64,000 bases of DNA, from assembly GCA_015061565.1 (NCBI GenBank), contig SUWI01000001.1, positions 21,505 through 85,504 of the forward strand, given 5' to 3'. The notes under the pieces are model-generated. The model had not been told where the DNA came from. It did no database searches and worked only from the letters and a program-made list of their open reading frames with translations. Below, piece after piece: positions 35,791-46,110 of the stretch. The position numbers were made by a program, and so were the translations under genes. The first letter of the stretch is position 1. Each line of letters opens with the position of its first letter. Source of the DNA: Lentisphaerota bacterium (GTDB taxonomy: Bacteria > Verrucomicrobiota > Lentisphaeria > Victivallales > UBA1829).

Positions 35791-37509
35791 TCAATATGCC
35801 CGTTCGTTCTTGTCTTCCATGTAGTTGACCAATGCCCGGTTGACCATGCGGAAACCGCCGGGTGTCGGATAATCGCCGGTAAAATACCAGTCGCCCGGAT
35901 AATCCGGACAGCATTTGCGCAGAGCCTCCATCGACTGATAGACAATCTGGAGCTCGGCATGAAGTCCCGGCGGGGTCAGCAGCGCGGCGATATCCTTCAG
36001 CAGTTCCTCCTCGCCGACCGCATCGTAAATTTCCTTCATGCGGTTCCGGTTATTGCCGCTGGCGAGATCCTCCTTGGCGCGTTCGAAACTGCGGACCAGC
36101 ACCTCGGCCCGGCCCTGTTTGCGCAGAATGTCCGCCGCCGCCTGGAACGCGCACAGATCGCCGGCGCAGGCCATGTCGATCCCGTAGCAGTCGGGATACC
36201 GGATGATCGGCGCGGAACTCGCCACGATGATCTTTTTCGGATTCAGCCGGTTGAGCATCGGCAGGATGGCGTTGCGCATGGTGTTGCCCCGCACGATGGA
36301 ATCGTCGAGCACCACCAGCGTATCGGTCCCGGGATGGACCAGCCCGTAAGTGATGTCGTAGACGTGCATGCCGAGTTCATGCCGGATCTCCGCGTCCGCG
36401 ATGAAGGTGCGGAATTTGGCGTCCTTGATTGCGATCTGTCCGAAACGCACGGTTTTGCCCGCCGCGACGGCGATTTTCATGAGTTCTTCCAGCATCCCGT
36501 GGAAACTCACCTGCGCCGAGTTCGGAATGTAGCTGAAAAAAGTGTTTTCGAAATCGTGGTCCACCGCTTTCAGCAGCTCGGGCACCAGCGATTTCCCCAA
36601 CAGTTTCCGTTCCCGGTGGATATCCGCGTCGTTCGGACGGGAAAAATAGATCCGCTCGAAAACACAACTGCGGCGTTCCGCCGGCTCCAGACAATCCTGG
36701 ATCTGCAGCTCGCCGCCGGCCGGTATCACCAGCGCCTTGCCGGGCGGGATCTCCATGACTTCCGCCGTGGAACAGTTGAAGGCCGCCTGGATCGCCGGCC
36801 GTTCGCTGGCCGCGACAAACACTTCATCGTCAAAATAAAAATATCCCGGCCGGATCGCGTGCGGATCGCGGATCACGAACGCCTCCCCTTCCCCGTTCAC
36901 GCCGCAAAGCGTAAAAGCGCCGTCCAGCTCGCTCAGCGCCTGGTGCAGGATCTCCTGCCACGCCGGCGAACCCGCATGCAGATCCGCATCCTGTTCCAGA
37001 TAATGGGCGATCATCTGCGTGATCAGGTACCCGTCCGCCCGGCTCGCCGGATGATGCCCGGTCTGACGGAACCGCTCGAAGAGTTCACCGGTATTGGTCA
37101 GATTGAAATTGCCGGCCAGCAGCAGGGTCCGCCGCAGACAGCTGGATTCGTGCACGAACGGATGACAGGCGGAAACCGCATGGCGGCCGTAGGTGGCATA
37201 GCGCAGATGTCCCAGCAGGACTTCGCCGTTGAATTCACTCCGGCCAGCGCACCGTCCCAGCAGATCCGCCAGCGGGTCTTCCGCCGCCGCCGATTTCTGG
37301 ATATGATACGCCGGCAGGCCCGGTTCCGGATCCAGCCCCAGGGAAGCGATCCCCGCTCCATCCTGCCCCCGGTTGTGCTGTTTTTCCAGCAGCAGGGCCA
37401 TTTTCCCGAAGCCGTAATTGGCATTGCCGTATTTCCGGACATAATATTCGGGTTTCTTCCGCAGGCGCAGCAGCGCCACCGCACACTCATGTTTGACTGG
37501 ATCCGACAT
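35791..37509 (-). CDS. purF: Amidophosphoribosyltransferase (long, Bacteroidota/PVC-type class II GATase)
   Basis: Propeptide then catalytic Cys (MSDPVKHECAVA). EKQHNRGQDGAGIA. PRTase loop VLDDSIVRGNT. Confidence 0.8.
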   Translation of the reverse strand: MSDPVKHECAVALLRLRKKPEYYVRKYGNANYGFGKMALLLEKQHNRGQDGAGIASLGLDPEPGLPAYHIQKSAAAEDPLADLLGRCAGRSEFNGEVLLGHLRYATYGRHAVSACHPFVHESSCLRRTLLLAGNFNLTNTGELFERFRQTGHHPASRADGYLITQMIAHYLEQDADLHAGSPAWQEILHQALSELDGAFTLCGVNGEGEAFVIRDPHAIRPGYFYFDDEVFVAASERPAIQAAFNCSTAEVMEIPPGKALVIPAGGELQIQDCLEPAERRSCVFERIYFSRPNDADIHRERKLLGKSLVPELLKAVDHDFENTFFSYIPNSAQVSFHGMLEELMKIAVAAGKTVRFGQIAIKDAKFRTFIADAEIRHELGMHVYDITYGLVHPGTDTLVVLDDSIVRGNTMRNAILPMLNRLNPKKIIVASSAPIIRYPDCYGIDMACAGDLCAFQAAADILRKQGRAEVLVRSFERAKEDLASGNNRNRMKEIYDAVGEEELLKDIAALLTPPGLHAELQIVYQSMEALRKCCPDYPGDWYFTGDYPTPGGFRMVNRALVNYMEDKNERAY

Positions 37510-37596
37510 CTGGTTCCCTTTCTCCCTTATTTACCCCGCCTTTACAACAGCATTATTCATGCCAATTATTTACCGTATGTTTATCCTTCTTTTTCT

Positions 37597-37642
37597 TTAC
37601 AAATTTTGTAATTCTGATCCAATAGTTTACATTTTTTGTAAA
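37597..37642. promoter_or_regulatory. Two TTACA-N5-TGTAA palindromes 30 bp apart in the purF/gltB divergent region
   Basis: 37597-37611 TTACAAATTTTGTAA and 37627-37641 TTACATTTTTTGTAA (extendable to TTTACA/TGTAAA). Confidence 0.45.
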
Positions 37643-37832
37643 AAAGATTGGATGTTTTCCTGAAACGATTCCTCCAATACAGGTTGGATCACTGGCATGA
37701 TATTGATCCCAAAAAACCGGATTTTTTATCGGCCGGCATGAGGGACAGAGCTTTTTCTGAAAAGCGGTTGGCATGGATTTTGCTGTAAAGTCCTGAAAAA
37801 TGCGTGTGAAAACAACCAGAAAGGTCAGCACC

Positions 37833-40800
37833 ATGGAACAGATATTTCGACAGCAGCCTTACGCGCTCTACCGTCCGGAGCAGGAACACGATGCCTGCGG
37901 AGTCGGCATGGCGGCAAACCTCAGCGGCGAACCGAGCCATGACATTGTGGAAAAAGGGATCGCGATCCTGACGCGTCTGATGCACCGCGGCGCGGCGGGC
38001 AGCGATCCGGAAACCGGCGACGGAGCCGGTCTCCTGCTCAGTCTGCCCAACGAATTTTTCCGGAAACGGTCCGGTTTGAAACTGCCGGCGGCCGGTTCCT
38101 ATGCCGTCGCTATGATCTTCGGCGGTCTCGGCGCGGAAAAAGCCATCGAAAAAACCGTCAAATCGGAAGGCGGCGCCGTCATCGGCTGGCGGGAAGTCCC
38201 CGTAGTTCCTTCGGCGATCGGACGCAAGGCGCAGGGCAGCCGGCCGGCCATCCGGCAGCTGTTCATCGACGGCAGCGGATTCCCCGGCAACACCGAATTC
38301 GAACGCAAACTGTTCGTCATGCGGCGGCTGATCGAAAAACAGCATCTCGATCTCTATATCTGCAGCATGTCCTCGCGTACGGTCGTCTATAAAGGACTGC
38401 TGCTCGCCTCCCAGATCAAAGGATTTTATCCGGACCTATCCGACGAGCTCTTCCGCTCCCGTTTCGCGCTGGTGCATCAGCGCTACAGCACCAATACCTT
38501 CCCGACGTGGCAGCTGGCGCATCCCTACCGCTGTCTGGCCCATAACGGCGAGATCAACACCCTGCGCGGCAATCTGAACGCGCTGAAGGCCCGGGAACGC
38601 CTGCTTTCATCGCCCGTGCTCGGCGACGATCTGAAAAAGATCCTGCCGCTGATCGAACCCGGACAGAGCGATTCGGCCTGTCTGGACAACATGCTGGAAC
38701 TGCTGGTCGCCGCGGGCCGGCCCATCGAACACGCGATGCTGATGCTGGTCCCCCAGGCGTGGGGTGTCAATTATTATATGGGACGCGATGTCCGCGGCTT
38801 TTTCGAATATCATTCCGCACTGATGGAGCCGTGGGACGGTCCGGCCGCACTGGCGTTCACCGACGGCATCAATCTGGGCGCCATCCTGGACCGCAACGGC
38901 CTGCGGCCCGCACGTTACACATTATGTAAAAACGGCCTGTTCATTCTGGCCAGCGAGGCCGGGGTGCTGGACATCCCCGCGGAAGAGGTCAGGACCAAAG
39001 GACGGCTGAAACCCGGCGAGATCCTGTTCCTGGACCTCAACCAGCACCGTCTCATCCTTGATTCGGAGATCAAGACCCGCCTCGCCCGCAGCAAGCCATA
39101 CCGCCGCTGGGTCGAGGAAAACCGTCTGCCGGTCCACGGACTTTTCACCGACATCACGGCCGCGGAACCGGAAAAGGACCTGCCCGCCCGGCAGCAGTTC
39201 TTCGGTTACACCCGCGAGGATATCGAGATCATCCTGAAGCCGATGGCGGAACACGGCAAGGAACCGGTCGGCTCCATGGGCAACGATGCCGCCCTGGCGG
39301 TCCTTTCGGCCAAGCCGCAGCTGCTGTTCTCCTATTTCAAACAATTGTTCGCACAGGTGACCAATCCGCCGATCGACCCGATCCGGGAAGAGCTGGTGAT
39401 GAGCCTGATGACCTACATCGGCAATCACGGCAACATTCTGGAGGAAACGCCGGAACACGCCCGGCTGATCAAGCTGCGCCGTCCGATCCTGACCGACGAC
39501 GAGTTGAACCATCTGCAGAATTTCGGCGCGCACGGATTCCATTCGCGGGTCCTGCCCTGCGGATTCGATGCAGCCGGCGGCGAAACGGCGCTGCGGCAAG
39601 CCTTGCGCACGCTCGCCGAAAATGCGGTGGCTGCGGCCAAAGCCGATGAGCGTATCCTGATCCTTTCCGATCAGGATCTGCCGCCGGGCATGGCGGCGAT
39701 TCCCAGCCTGCTGGCCTGTTCCGCGGTGAACCGCGCCTTGATCGAGGCCGATCTGCGGCCGGAAACCGGCATCATCGTCCAGTCCGGCGAAGTGCGCGAA
39801 ATCATGCACTTTGCGCTCCTGCTCGGCTACGGCGCCACGGCAGTCAATCCGCATCTGGCCCTGGCAACCATCTCCGCACTATCGCGTTCCAAGGCGATCG
39901 CCGCCGATCCGGTCACGGCCGCCGGAAATTACATCAACGCAGTCGACAAAGGCCTCCTGAAGATCATGTCCAAGCTCGGGATCTCCACCTTGCGCAGCTA
40001 CCGTTCCGCACAGGCTTTCGAGGCGGTCGGACTGAGCCGCGCTTTTCTGGATGAATTCCTGCCCGGCACGGTTTCCCGCATCGGCGGGATCGGCCTGGCG
40101 GAAATCGCAAAAGATGCCTCGGCACGGGCCGGAAATGTGAAAGCGGATTCCTCACTGCTCCCGGCGGGCGGACAATACCGCTACCGGAAAGACGGTGAAG
40201 ACCATCTCTGGAATCCGCAGTCGCTGGCGGCCTTCCGTCAGGCGGTCCAGAAAGGCGATTACGCCAAGTTCAAGGAATATTCGAAACTGATCGATGACCA
40301 GGCGCACCATCTCTGCACTCTGCGGGGTCTTTTCCAGTTCAAAAAGACCGAAGCGATCCCGGTCGAAGAGGTCGAACCGGTGGAAAGTATCCTGAAACAT
40401 TTCGTTTCCGGCGCGATGAGCCTGGGCAGCCTCAGTCCCGAGGCGCACATGACGATCGCCAAAGCCATGAACCAGTGCGGCGCCATGAGCAACTGCGGCG
40501 AGGGCGGCGAAAACAAGGAACGCTTCGGAACCGAGTTCAACAGCGCGATCAAACAGGTCGCCAGCGGACGGTTCGGCGTCACGATCGGCTATCTGCGCAA
40601 TGCGAAAGACATCCAGATCAAAATGGCGCAGGGAGCCAAGCCCGGCGAGGGCGGCCAGCTGCCCGGCTACAAGGTCAATGATTTCGTGGCGAAGATCCGC
40701 CATTCGATGCCGGGCGTCACGCTGATCTCGCCACCGCCTCATCATGACATTTATTCCATTGAGGATCTGGCGCAGCTGATCTATGACTTGCACAACGCCA

Positions 40801-42242
40801 ATCCCAAAGCGAGGATCTCGGTCAAGCTGGTATCCGAACCGGGAGTCGGCACGGTGGCGGCAGGCGTGGCTAAAGCCAAGGCGGATGTGGTATTGATCTC
40901 CGGACACGACGGCGGCACCGGCGCTTCGCCGCTCACCAGCATCAAATACGCGGGTCTGCCTTGGGAACTGGGCATTGCCGAAGCGCAGCAGACCCTGGTG
41001 CTGAACGGCCTGCGCGAAAATATCAGAATCCAGGTGGACGGCCAGCTCAAAACCGGGCGCGATGTGGTGATCGGCGCCCTGCTCGGTGCGGAAGAATTCG
41101 GATTCGCCACCACGATCCTGGTCTGCCTCGGCTGCGTGATGATGCGCCAATGCCACAGCAACACCTGTCCGATGGGCGTGGCCACGCAGGATCCCGAGCT
41201 GCGGAAAAACTTCGCCGGCAAACCCGAATACATCATCAATTTCCTCAAGTTCATTGCCCAGGAAGTGCGCGAATATCTGGCCCAGCTCGGCTTGCGCTCG
41301 CTGGAGGAAGCCTGCGGCCGCAGCGAGCTGCTGGTCACCAACCACGCGATCGATTTCTACAAGACGGAACATCTGGATTTCAGCGAGCTGCTCAAACCCG
41401 CTCCGCAAGGTGCACGGCATTTCGATCCGGATCACGCTCGGACTCCGCTCGAAAATTTCGACCGCAGGGAGCTGCTGAACCAACTGAAACTGGACGGTTC
41501 CAGGGAATCGGTTTCCGTTTCGGTCTCCAACTCCGACCGCACGGTCGGGACCGAACTTTCAGGCGAGCTGATCGACCGTTACGGCACGGCCGGACTGCCG
41601 GAAGACACCGTCACGGTCAATTTGACCGGCACGGCCGGACAAAGCTTCGGCGCTTTCCTGGCGCCGGGCATCACGATGATCCTTTCGGGCGAGGCCAACG
41701 ATTTTGTCGGCAAAGGACTTTCAGGCGGCAAAATCGTGATAAGGAAACCGCCGGAAGCCGATTATCCGGCTGAAAACAACGTGATCGCCGGCAACGTGAT
41801 CGGCTACGGGGGCACTTCGGGAAAAATCTTCATCAACGGCATCGCGGGCGAACGGTTCGCCATCCGCAACAGCGGCATGACGCTGGTCGCCGAAGGGATC
41901 GGCGATCACGGCTGCGAATACATGACCGGCGGCCGGGTAGTGATCCTCGGCCGGGTCGGGGTCAATTTCGCCGCCGGCATGACCGGCGGACTCGCTTATG
42001 TCTATGATGAAAACGGACACTTCGACCTCTCCTGCAATTCGGATGGGATCGACCTGGAAAGCATCGAACCGGGCAGCGAGGGAGAAAGCGAGCTCAAAAA
42101 CCTGATCCAGGAGCATTATGCTGCGACCGGCAGCCGGAAAGCCGCCGACATGCTGGACGACTGGGAACAATACCGGGAAAAATTTGTCCGCGTCTTCCCG
42201 GTCGAATACCGCAACGCACTCAAAAACAAAGGAAACCGCTGA
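37833..42242 (+). CDS. gltB: Glutamate synthase large subunit
   Basis: Start MEQIF...EHDACGVG (Ntn amidotransferase Cys). FMN/Fe-S central domains. C-terminal GXGXG beta-helix domain. About 1470 aa. Confidence 0.95.
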   Translation: MEQIFRQQPYALYRPEQEHDACGVGMAANLSGEPSHDIVEKGIAILTRLMHRGAAGSDPETGDGAGLLLSLPNEFFRKRSGLKLPAAGSYAVAMIFGGLGAEKAIEKTVKSEGGAVIGWREVPVVPSAIGRKAQGSRPAIRQLFIDGSGFPGNTEFERKLFVMRRLIEKQHLDLYICSMSSRTVVYKGLLLASQIKGFYPDLSDELFRSRFALVHQRYSTNTFPTWQLAHPYRCLAHNGEINTLRGNLNALKARERLLSSPVLGDDLKKILPLIEPGQSDSACLDNMLELLVAAGRPIEHAMLMLVPQAWGVNYYMGRDVRGFFEYHSALMEPWDGPAALAFTDGINLGAILDRNGLRPARYTLCKNGLFILASEAGVLDIPAEEVRTKGRLKPGEILFLDLNQHRLILDSEIKTRLARSKPYRRWVEENRLPVHGLFTDITAAEPEKDLPARQQFFGYTREDIEIILKPMAEHGKEPVGSMGNDAALAVLSAKPQLLFSYFKQLFAQVTNPPIDPIREELVMSLMTYIGNHGNILEETPEHARLIKLRRPILTDDELNHLQNFGAHGFHSRVLPCGFDAAGGETALRQALRTLAENAVAAAKADERILILSDQDLPPGMAAIPSLLACSAVNRALIEADLRPETGIIVQSGEVREIMHFALLLGYGATAVNPHLALATISALSRSKAIAADPVTAAGNYINAVDKGLLKIMSKLGISTLRSYRSAQAFEAVGLSRAFLDEFLPGTVSRIGGIGLAEIAKDASARAGNVKADSSLLPAGGQYRYRKDGEDHLWNPQSLAAFRQAVQKGDYAKFKEYSKLIDDQAHHLCTLRGLFQFKKTEAIPVEEVEPVESILKHFVSGAMSLGSLSPEAHMTIAKAMNQCGAMSNCGEGGENKERFGTEFNSAIKQVASGRFGVTIGYLRNAKDIQIKMAQGAKPGEGGQLPGYKVNDFVAKIRHSMPGVTLISPPPHHDIYSIEDLAQLIYDLHNANPKARISVKLVSEPGVGTVAAGVAKAKADVVLISGHDGGTGASPLTSIKYAGLPWELGIAEAQQTLVLNGLRENIRIQVDGQLKTGRDVVIGALLGAEEFGFATTILVCLGCVMMRQCHSNTCPMGVATQDPELRKNFAGKPEYIINFLKFIAQEVREYLAQLGLRSLEEACGRSELLVTNHAIDFYKTEHLDFSELLKPAPQGARHFDPDHARTPLENFDRRELLNQLKLDGSRESVSVSVSNSDRTVGTELSGELIDRYGTAGLPEDTVTVNLTGTAGQSFGAFLAPGITMILSGEANDFVGKGLSGGKIVIRKPPEADYPAENNVIAGNVIGYGGTSGKIFINGIAGERFAIRNSGMTLVAEGIGDHGCEYMTGGRVVILGRVGVNFAAGMTGGLAYVYDENGHFDLSCNSDGIDLESIEPGSEGESELKNLIQEHYAATGSRKAADMLDDWEQYREKFVRVFPVEYRNALKNKGNR

Positions 42243-42243
42243 C

Positions 42244-43623
42244 ATGCAAACCAGAATACATGATCTTTACCGTCCGATCGAACAGCGCAAGCTCGATTTC
42301 AAGGAAGTGGAACGGATTATTTCCGAATCTGAAATACGTCAGCAGATGCAGCGCTGCCATAACTGCGGAATACCGTTCTGCCACGGTGCGGGATGTCCGC
42401 TTTTCAACCAGATCCCCGACTTCAATTCCGCAGCAGCCGAGGGCAATTGGAAAACCGCTTACGAAATTCTTTCTCAGACAAGTTTCTTCCCTGAGTTCAC
42501 CTGCCGCGTATGCCCTGCCCTTTGCGAAGGTTCCTGCTGCAATGGAGTCAGCGACGAGGCTGTTATGGTCCGTCAATGCGAAAAAATGATCATTGAAAAA
42601 GCTTTTGCGTCCGGTCTGGTCCAGCCGGTGATCCCAGTATCGCGGAACGGCAAAAAAATCGCCGTCGTCGGCAGCGGACCCTCGGGTCTGACTGCGGCGG
42701 AAGCGCTCAACCGCAGCGGCTTTTCCGTGACCGTTTTCGAGGCTAACCACCGGCCGGGCGGACTGCTCCGTTTCGGCATACCGGATTTCAAACTGGACAA
42801 ATCCGTGATAGACCGCCGGATCGCCGTTATGGAACTGGCGGGGATCGAGTTCATAACGGATACGCGGATCGGCAAGGATATTTCCGCAGCTTATCTGCTG
42901 CGTACCTATGATGCCGTGGTGCTGGCGATCGGTACTCCGCAGGCAAGAGATCTGGCTATTCCCGGACGCGAGCTGAACGGCATTCATTTTGCACTGGAAT
43001 TCCTGCAGGGACAAAACCGCTTGAATTCAGGTGAAACAGCCTCGCTTCCAGTCAATGCAGCGGGAAAAGATGTGCTCATCATCGGCGGCGGCGACACCGG
43101 GAGCGACTGTGCTGGAACAGCCATCCGCCAGGGAGCGAAAAGCGTCCGGCAGATCGAGATCATGCCGCAGCCGCCGGAAAAACGTTCCGATTCGACGCCG
43201 TGGCCGAACTGGCCGTGGATGCTCCGCACCAGTTCCAGCCATCAGGAAGGCTGTGCGCGGGAATGGAATATCGCCAGTGACCGTTTTATCGGCAAAAACG
43301 GCAAAGTTTCCGGGGTGGAAATACATGAAGTGAAGTGGACTTTTTCACCGGAAGGAAAACCGATCAAGCCGCAGGAAGTTCCGGACAGTTCCAAAGTCAT
43401 CAAAGCAAATCTGATCCTGCTGGCAATGGGTTTCACCGGAGTTCCGAAAAACGGCATTGTCGAAGAACTGGATCTGCAGCTTTCACCTCGAAACGGCATC
43501 CTTGCAGACCCTGAAAAACGCATTTATGCGGTCGGAGACTGTGTAACGGGAGCCTCGTTGGTAGTGCGTTCCATGGCCAATGCAAAACAGACTGCGGAAG
43601 TAATCTGCAAACAGTTAATTTAA
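42244..43623 (+). CDS. gltD: Glutamate synthase small subunit (NADPH)
   Basis: Start MQTRIHDLYRP, 1 nt after the gltB stop. Cys clusters CHNCGIPFCH...CPLFN. VAVVGSGPSGLTAAEAL dinucleotide fold. Confidence 0.9.
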   Translation: MQTRIHDLYRPIEQRKLDFKEVERIISESEIRQQMQRCHNCGIPFCHGAGCPLFNQIPDFNSAAAEGNWKTAYEILSQTSFFPEFTCRVCPALCEGSCCNGVSDEAVMVRQCEKMIIEKAFASGLVQPVIPVSRNGKKIAVVGSGPSGLTAAEALNRSGFSVTVFEANHRPGGLLRFGIPDFKLDKSVIDRRIAVMELAGIEFITDTRIGKDISAAYLLRTYDAVVLAIGTPQARDLAIPGRELNGIHFALEFLQGQNRLNSGETASLPVNAAGKDVLIIGGGDTGSDCAGTAIRQGAKSVRQIEIMPQPPEKRSDSTPWPNWPWMLRTSSSHQEGCAREWNIASDRFIGKNGKVSGVEIHEVKWTFSPEGKPIKPQEVPDSSKVIKANLILLAMGFTGVPKNGIVEELDLQLSPRNGILADPEKRIYAVGDCVTGASLVVRSMANAKQTAEVICKQLI

Positions 43624-44700
43624 TCTTGCAGTTTCACCGGCTTTGACCTGAAAATGATCGCATTTTTCCAGTCTGAATTCCGGCGGAATTTCGGTGAAGG
43701 CAAAGAAAACCTGTCCGGCAGTGCGGATTTTTTCCAGAAAAGCCTGTCTGGCGTGCAGATCGAGGTCGGCGGTGGCATCGTCGACCAGCACGACCGTATC
43801 ATTCAGCGCGCCGCTGACCTCGCGGACCGCATCCAGTTCCGCGAGTTTCAGGATCAATGAGGTCATCCGGCATTGTCCGCGGGAACCGAAGGACCGCATC
43901 GGTTTGCCGTCGAACATAAATTCGAAATCATCCAGATGCGGTCCGAACGTGGTGAATCCGCGCTGCAGGTCGCGTTTCAGGTCGTTTTCGGCTTTTTTCA
44001 GGTAAGAATCCGGATCGGCTGTCTCTTTCGTAAAATCCATCTGAATAGTGAAATCGGACAGGGAGGGATACAATTCTTCGAAAAGCTGTTTCATCAGCCT
44101 GGAAATGAGCTCGACGTATTTTTCCCTTTTCCGCACGATTTCCGATCCGGACGAAGCCAGCACGGTCGAATAGGAACGCAGAATATCCAGATTGCAGTTA
44201 TGGGTTTTCAGCAGCATATTACGAGAACGCAATGCCTGAAGATAATTCTGCAGAGCCATGAAATAACTCCGGTCCAGCAGGGAAATGAACATATCGAAAA
44301 AACGGCGGCGCAGCGGTGACGGACCGCTGATGATCAGGGGATCGTCAGGCAGAAAAGCAACTGTTTTGATCTTGCCGGTGAAATCACTGGCTTTACTGAC
44401 CGGAACACGGTCAGACTGCAAGGTGCGCACCAGTCCGCAATCGACCTCAAGAAGCGATTTCCAGCCCTGCATTTTCCGGAACAGAAGTGACAGATGAAAA
44501 GAGGAAGATCCCAGCTTTTTCAGCTCGTTGATTTTGACCGTCCGGAACGAACGCAGATTGGCCACGTAAAAGACAGCTTCGAGCAGGGAAGTTTTCCCCT
44601 GGCCGTTGCCGCCTTCGAAAAAAACCGCATCGGAATCGAACTGCAGTTCGGAACGGCTGATATTCCTGAAATTTTCGAGCTTGAGGGACTCTATGATCAT
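43615..44700 (-). CDS. recF: DNA replication/repair protein RecF
   Basis: Start MIIESLKLENFRN. Walker A GGNGQGKTSLLEA. Signature and Walker B VVLVDDATADLD. Confidence 0.9.
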   Translation of the reverse strand: MIIESLKLENFRNISRSELQFDSDAVFFEGGNGQGKTSLLEAVFYVANLRSFRTVKINELKKLGSSSFHLSLLFRKMQGWKSLLEVDCGLVRTLQSDRVPVSKASDFTGKIKTVAFLPDDPLIISGPSPLRRRFFDMFISLLDRSYFMALQNYLQALRSRNMLLKTHNCNLDILRSYSTVLASSGSEIVRKREKYVELISRLMKQLFEELYPSLSDFTIQMDFTKETADPDSYLKKAENDLKRDLQRGFTTFGPHLDDFEFMFDGKPMRSFGSRGQCRMTSLILKLAELDAVREVSGALNDTVVLVDDATADLDLHARQAFLEKIRTAGQVFFAFTEIPPEFRLEKCDHFQVKAGETARLN

Positions 44701-44780
44701 AAGCAGCCGTCCTCGGAAAAAAAAGCTTCTGCCGGATCCGAAAACCCGGCAGAACGGCACTTGAAAACAGTCTCTGGGAC

Positions 44781-45881
44781 TTATTTGTTTCTCATGGGCA
44801 TGATGACATACAGGAAACCGTCGCCGCTTTCCAGAGCAATCGGACTGAAGGCATCATTGATCTTGACGATCACACTGTCTACGCCGATGTGTTTGAAAGG
44901 ATCGGCCAGCAGCTGCGGATTGAAAGACAGCGAAATATCTTCCTGATCCGCATATTCGATATTGATGTACTCCTTACCTTCACCGATATTGCTGTTCGCT
45001 TCGAAGACCAGCTTGTTGTCCGTGAAAGTGATCTTGACGAAGGAGGAAGAAGCATCGCTGAGCGGAATGCTGACGATTTCCAGCGCATCCACAAAATCGC
45101 CGGTCGGAACGGAGATATTCTTGTTGAAACCGGCCGGAATGACCTGACGGTAATTCGGATAATTGCCTTCGATCAGCTTCGAATAAATCACAGTCTCGTT
45201 CAGACGGAACACGACCTGTTTTTCGCCGATCTCCATCTCCACTTCGCCTTCCTTTTCCAGGATGCGCTTGACTTCATTGGCGACTTTAATGGTGATGATC
45301 ACATCGCCGTCGGCGCCTTCAGCAGTGCCTTCGAGAAGTTTTTCGACCAGAGCCAGACGTTTTCCATCGGTGGCGACCGCGGTCATATTGCCTTCTTTGA
45401 CCGAAAGCAGAATGCCCTGAAGCACTTTTCTGGAATCATCGATGCTGACTGCATAGGAGATCCGGTCGAGAACACGGGCAAAATCAGGCTGTTTGAGCTT
45501 GATGCTGCGCAGGGGCTGGAAATCCACCGGCACCGGGAAATCTTCCGGAGTCAGACCCAGGATCATGAAATTCGCCGTGCCGCAGCAGATCTGGGTATGA
45601 TGTTTGTCGTTGGATTCCATCATCAGATTCTCGCCTTTGAACTTGGAGACCAGGCCAAGCAGACGTTTTGCCGGCAAAGTCGTCACACCCGGAACCTCCA
45701 CTTCGGCATCTATCGTGGTGGTGATCCGCAGTTCCAAATCGGTCGTCGTAAGAGTAAGTTTTCCGTTTTCAGCTTCGAGCAGCACATTGGCAAGGACCGG
45801 AAGGGTAGTCCGGTTCGGAATGATGTTGCTCACCTTCATCAGCGCTTTCTGCAATGCGTCTTTCTTCAAATTGACTTTCAT
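44781..45881 (-). CDS. dnaN: DNA polymerase III beta sliding clamp
   Basis: Start MKVNLKKDALQKALMKVSNIIPNRTTLPVLANVLLEA (RBS AAAGAGG). Three-domain length. C-terminus YVIMPMR. Confidence 0.9.
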   Translation of the reverse strand: MKVNLKKDALQKALMKVSNIIPNRTTLPVLANVLLEAENGKLTLTTTDLELRITTTIDAEVEVPGVTTLPAKRLLGLVSKFKGENLMMESNDKHHTQICCGTANFMILGLTPEDFPVPVDFQPLRSIKLKQPDFARVLDRISYAVSIDDSRKVLQGILLSVKEGNMTAVATDGKRLALVEKLLEGTAEGADGDVIITIKVANEVKRILEKEGEVEMEIGEKQVVFRLNETVIYSKLIEGNYPNYRQVIPAGFNKNISVPTGDFVDALEIVSIPLSDASSSFVKITFTDNKLVFEANSNIGEGKEYINIEYADQEDISLSFNPQLLADPFKHIGVDSVIVKINDAFSPIALESGDGFLYVIMPMRNK

Positions 45882-46110
45882 GTTGACCTCTTTCCCCAAT
45901 TCGATACTGGTTATTGATTAATCTCTTTCTAAGGTAATATATCATCATTATTATGGATGTCAATATTGTCAACAAACTCTTTTTTCAAGTTCATTTCTTT
46001 TTTTTCGATTTTGTTGATTTTTTGTTTTGCATTTTTCGATAAACCATGCTCTATTGATAGACAAATCAATTGAGAACAAGTTTCGAACAGCATTTAACAA
46101 GGTTATCAAC

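Noticed and set aside
43615-43623. Convergent 9-bp overlap of the gltD and recF 3' ends with no room for a terminator.
   Set aside because: It is real in the sequence but a common arrangement in compact genomes, with no further signal to interpret.
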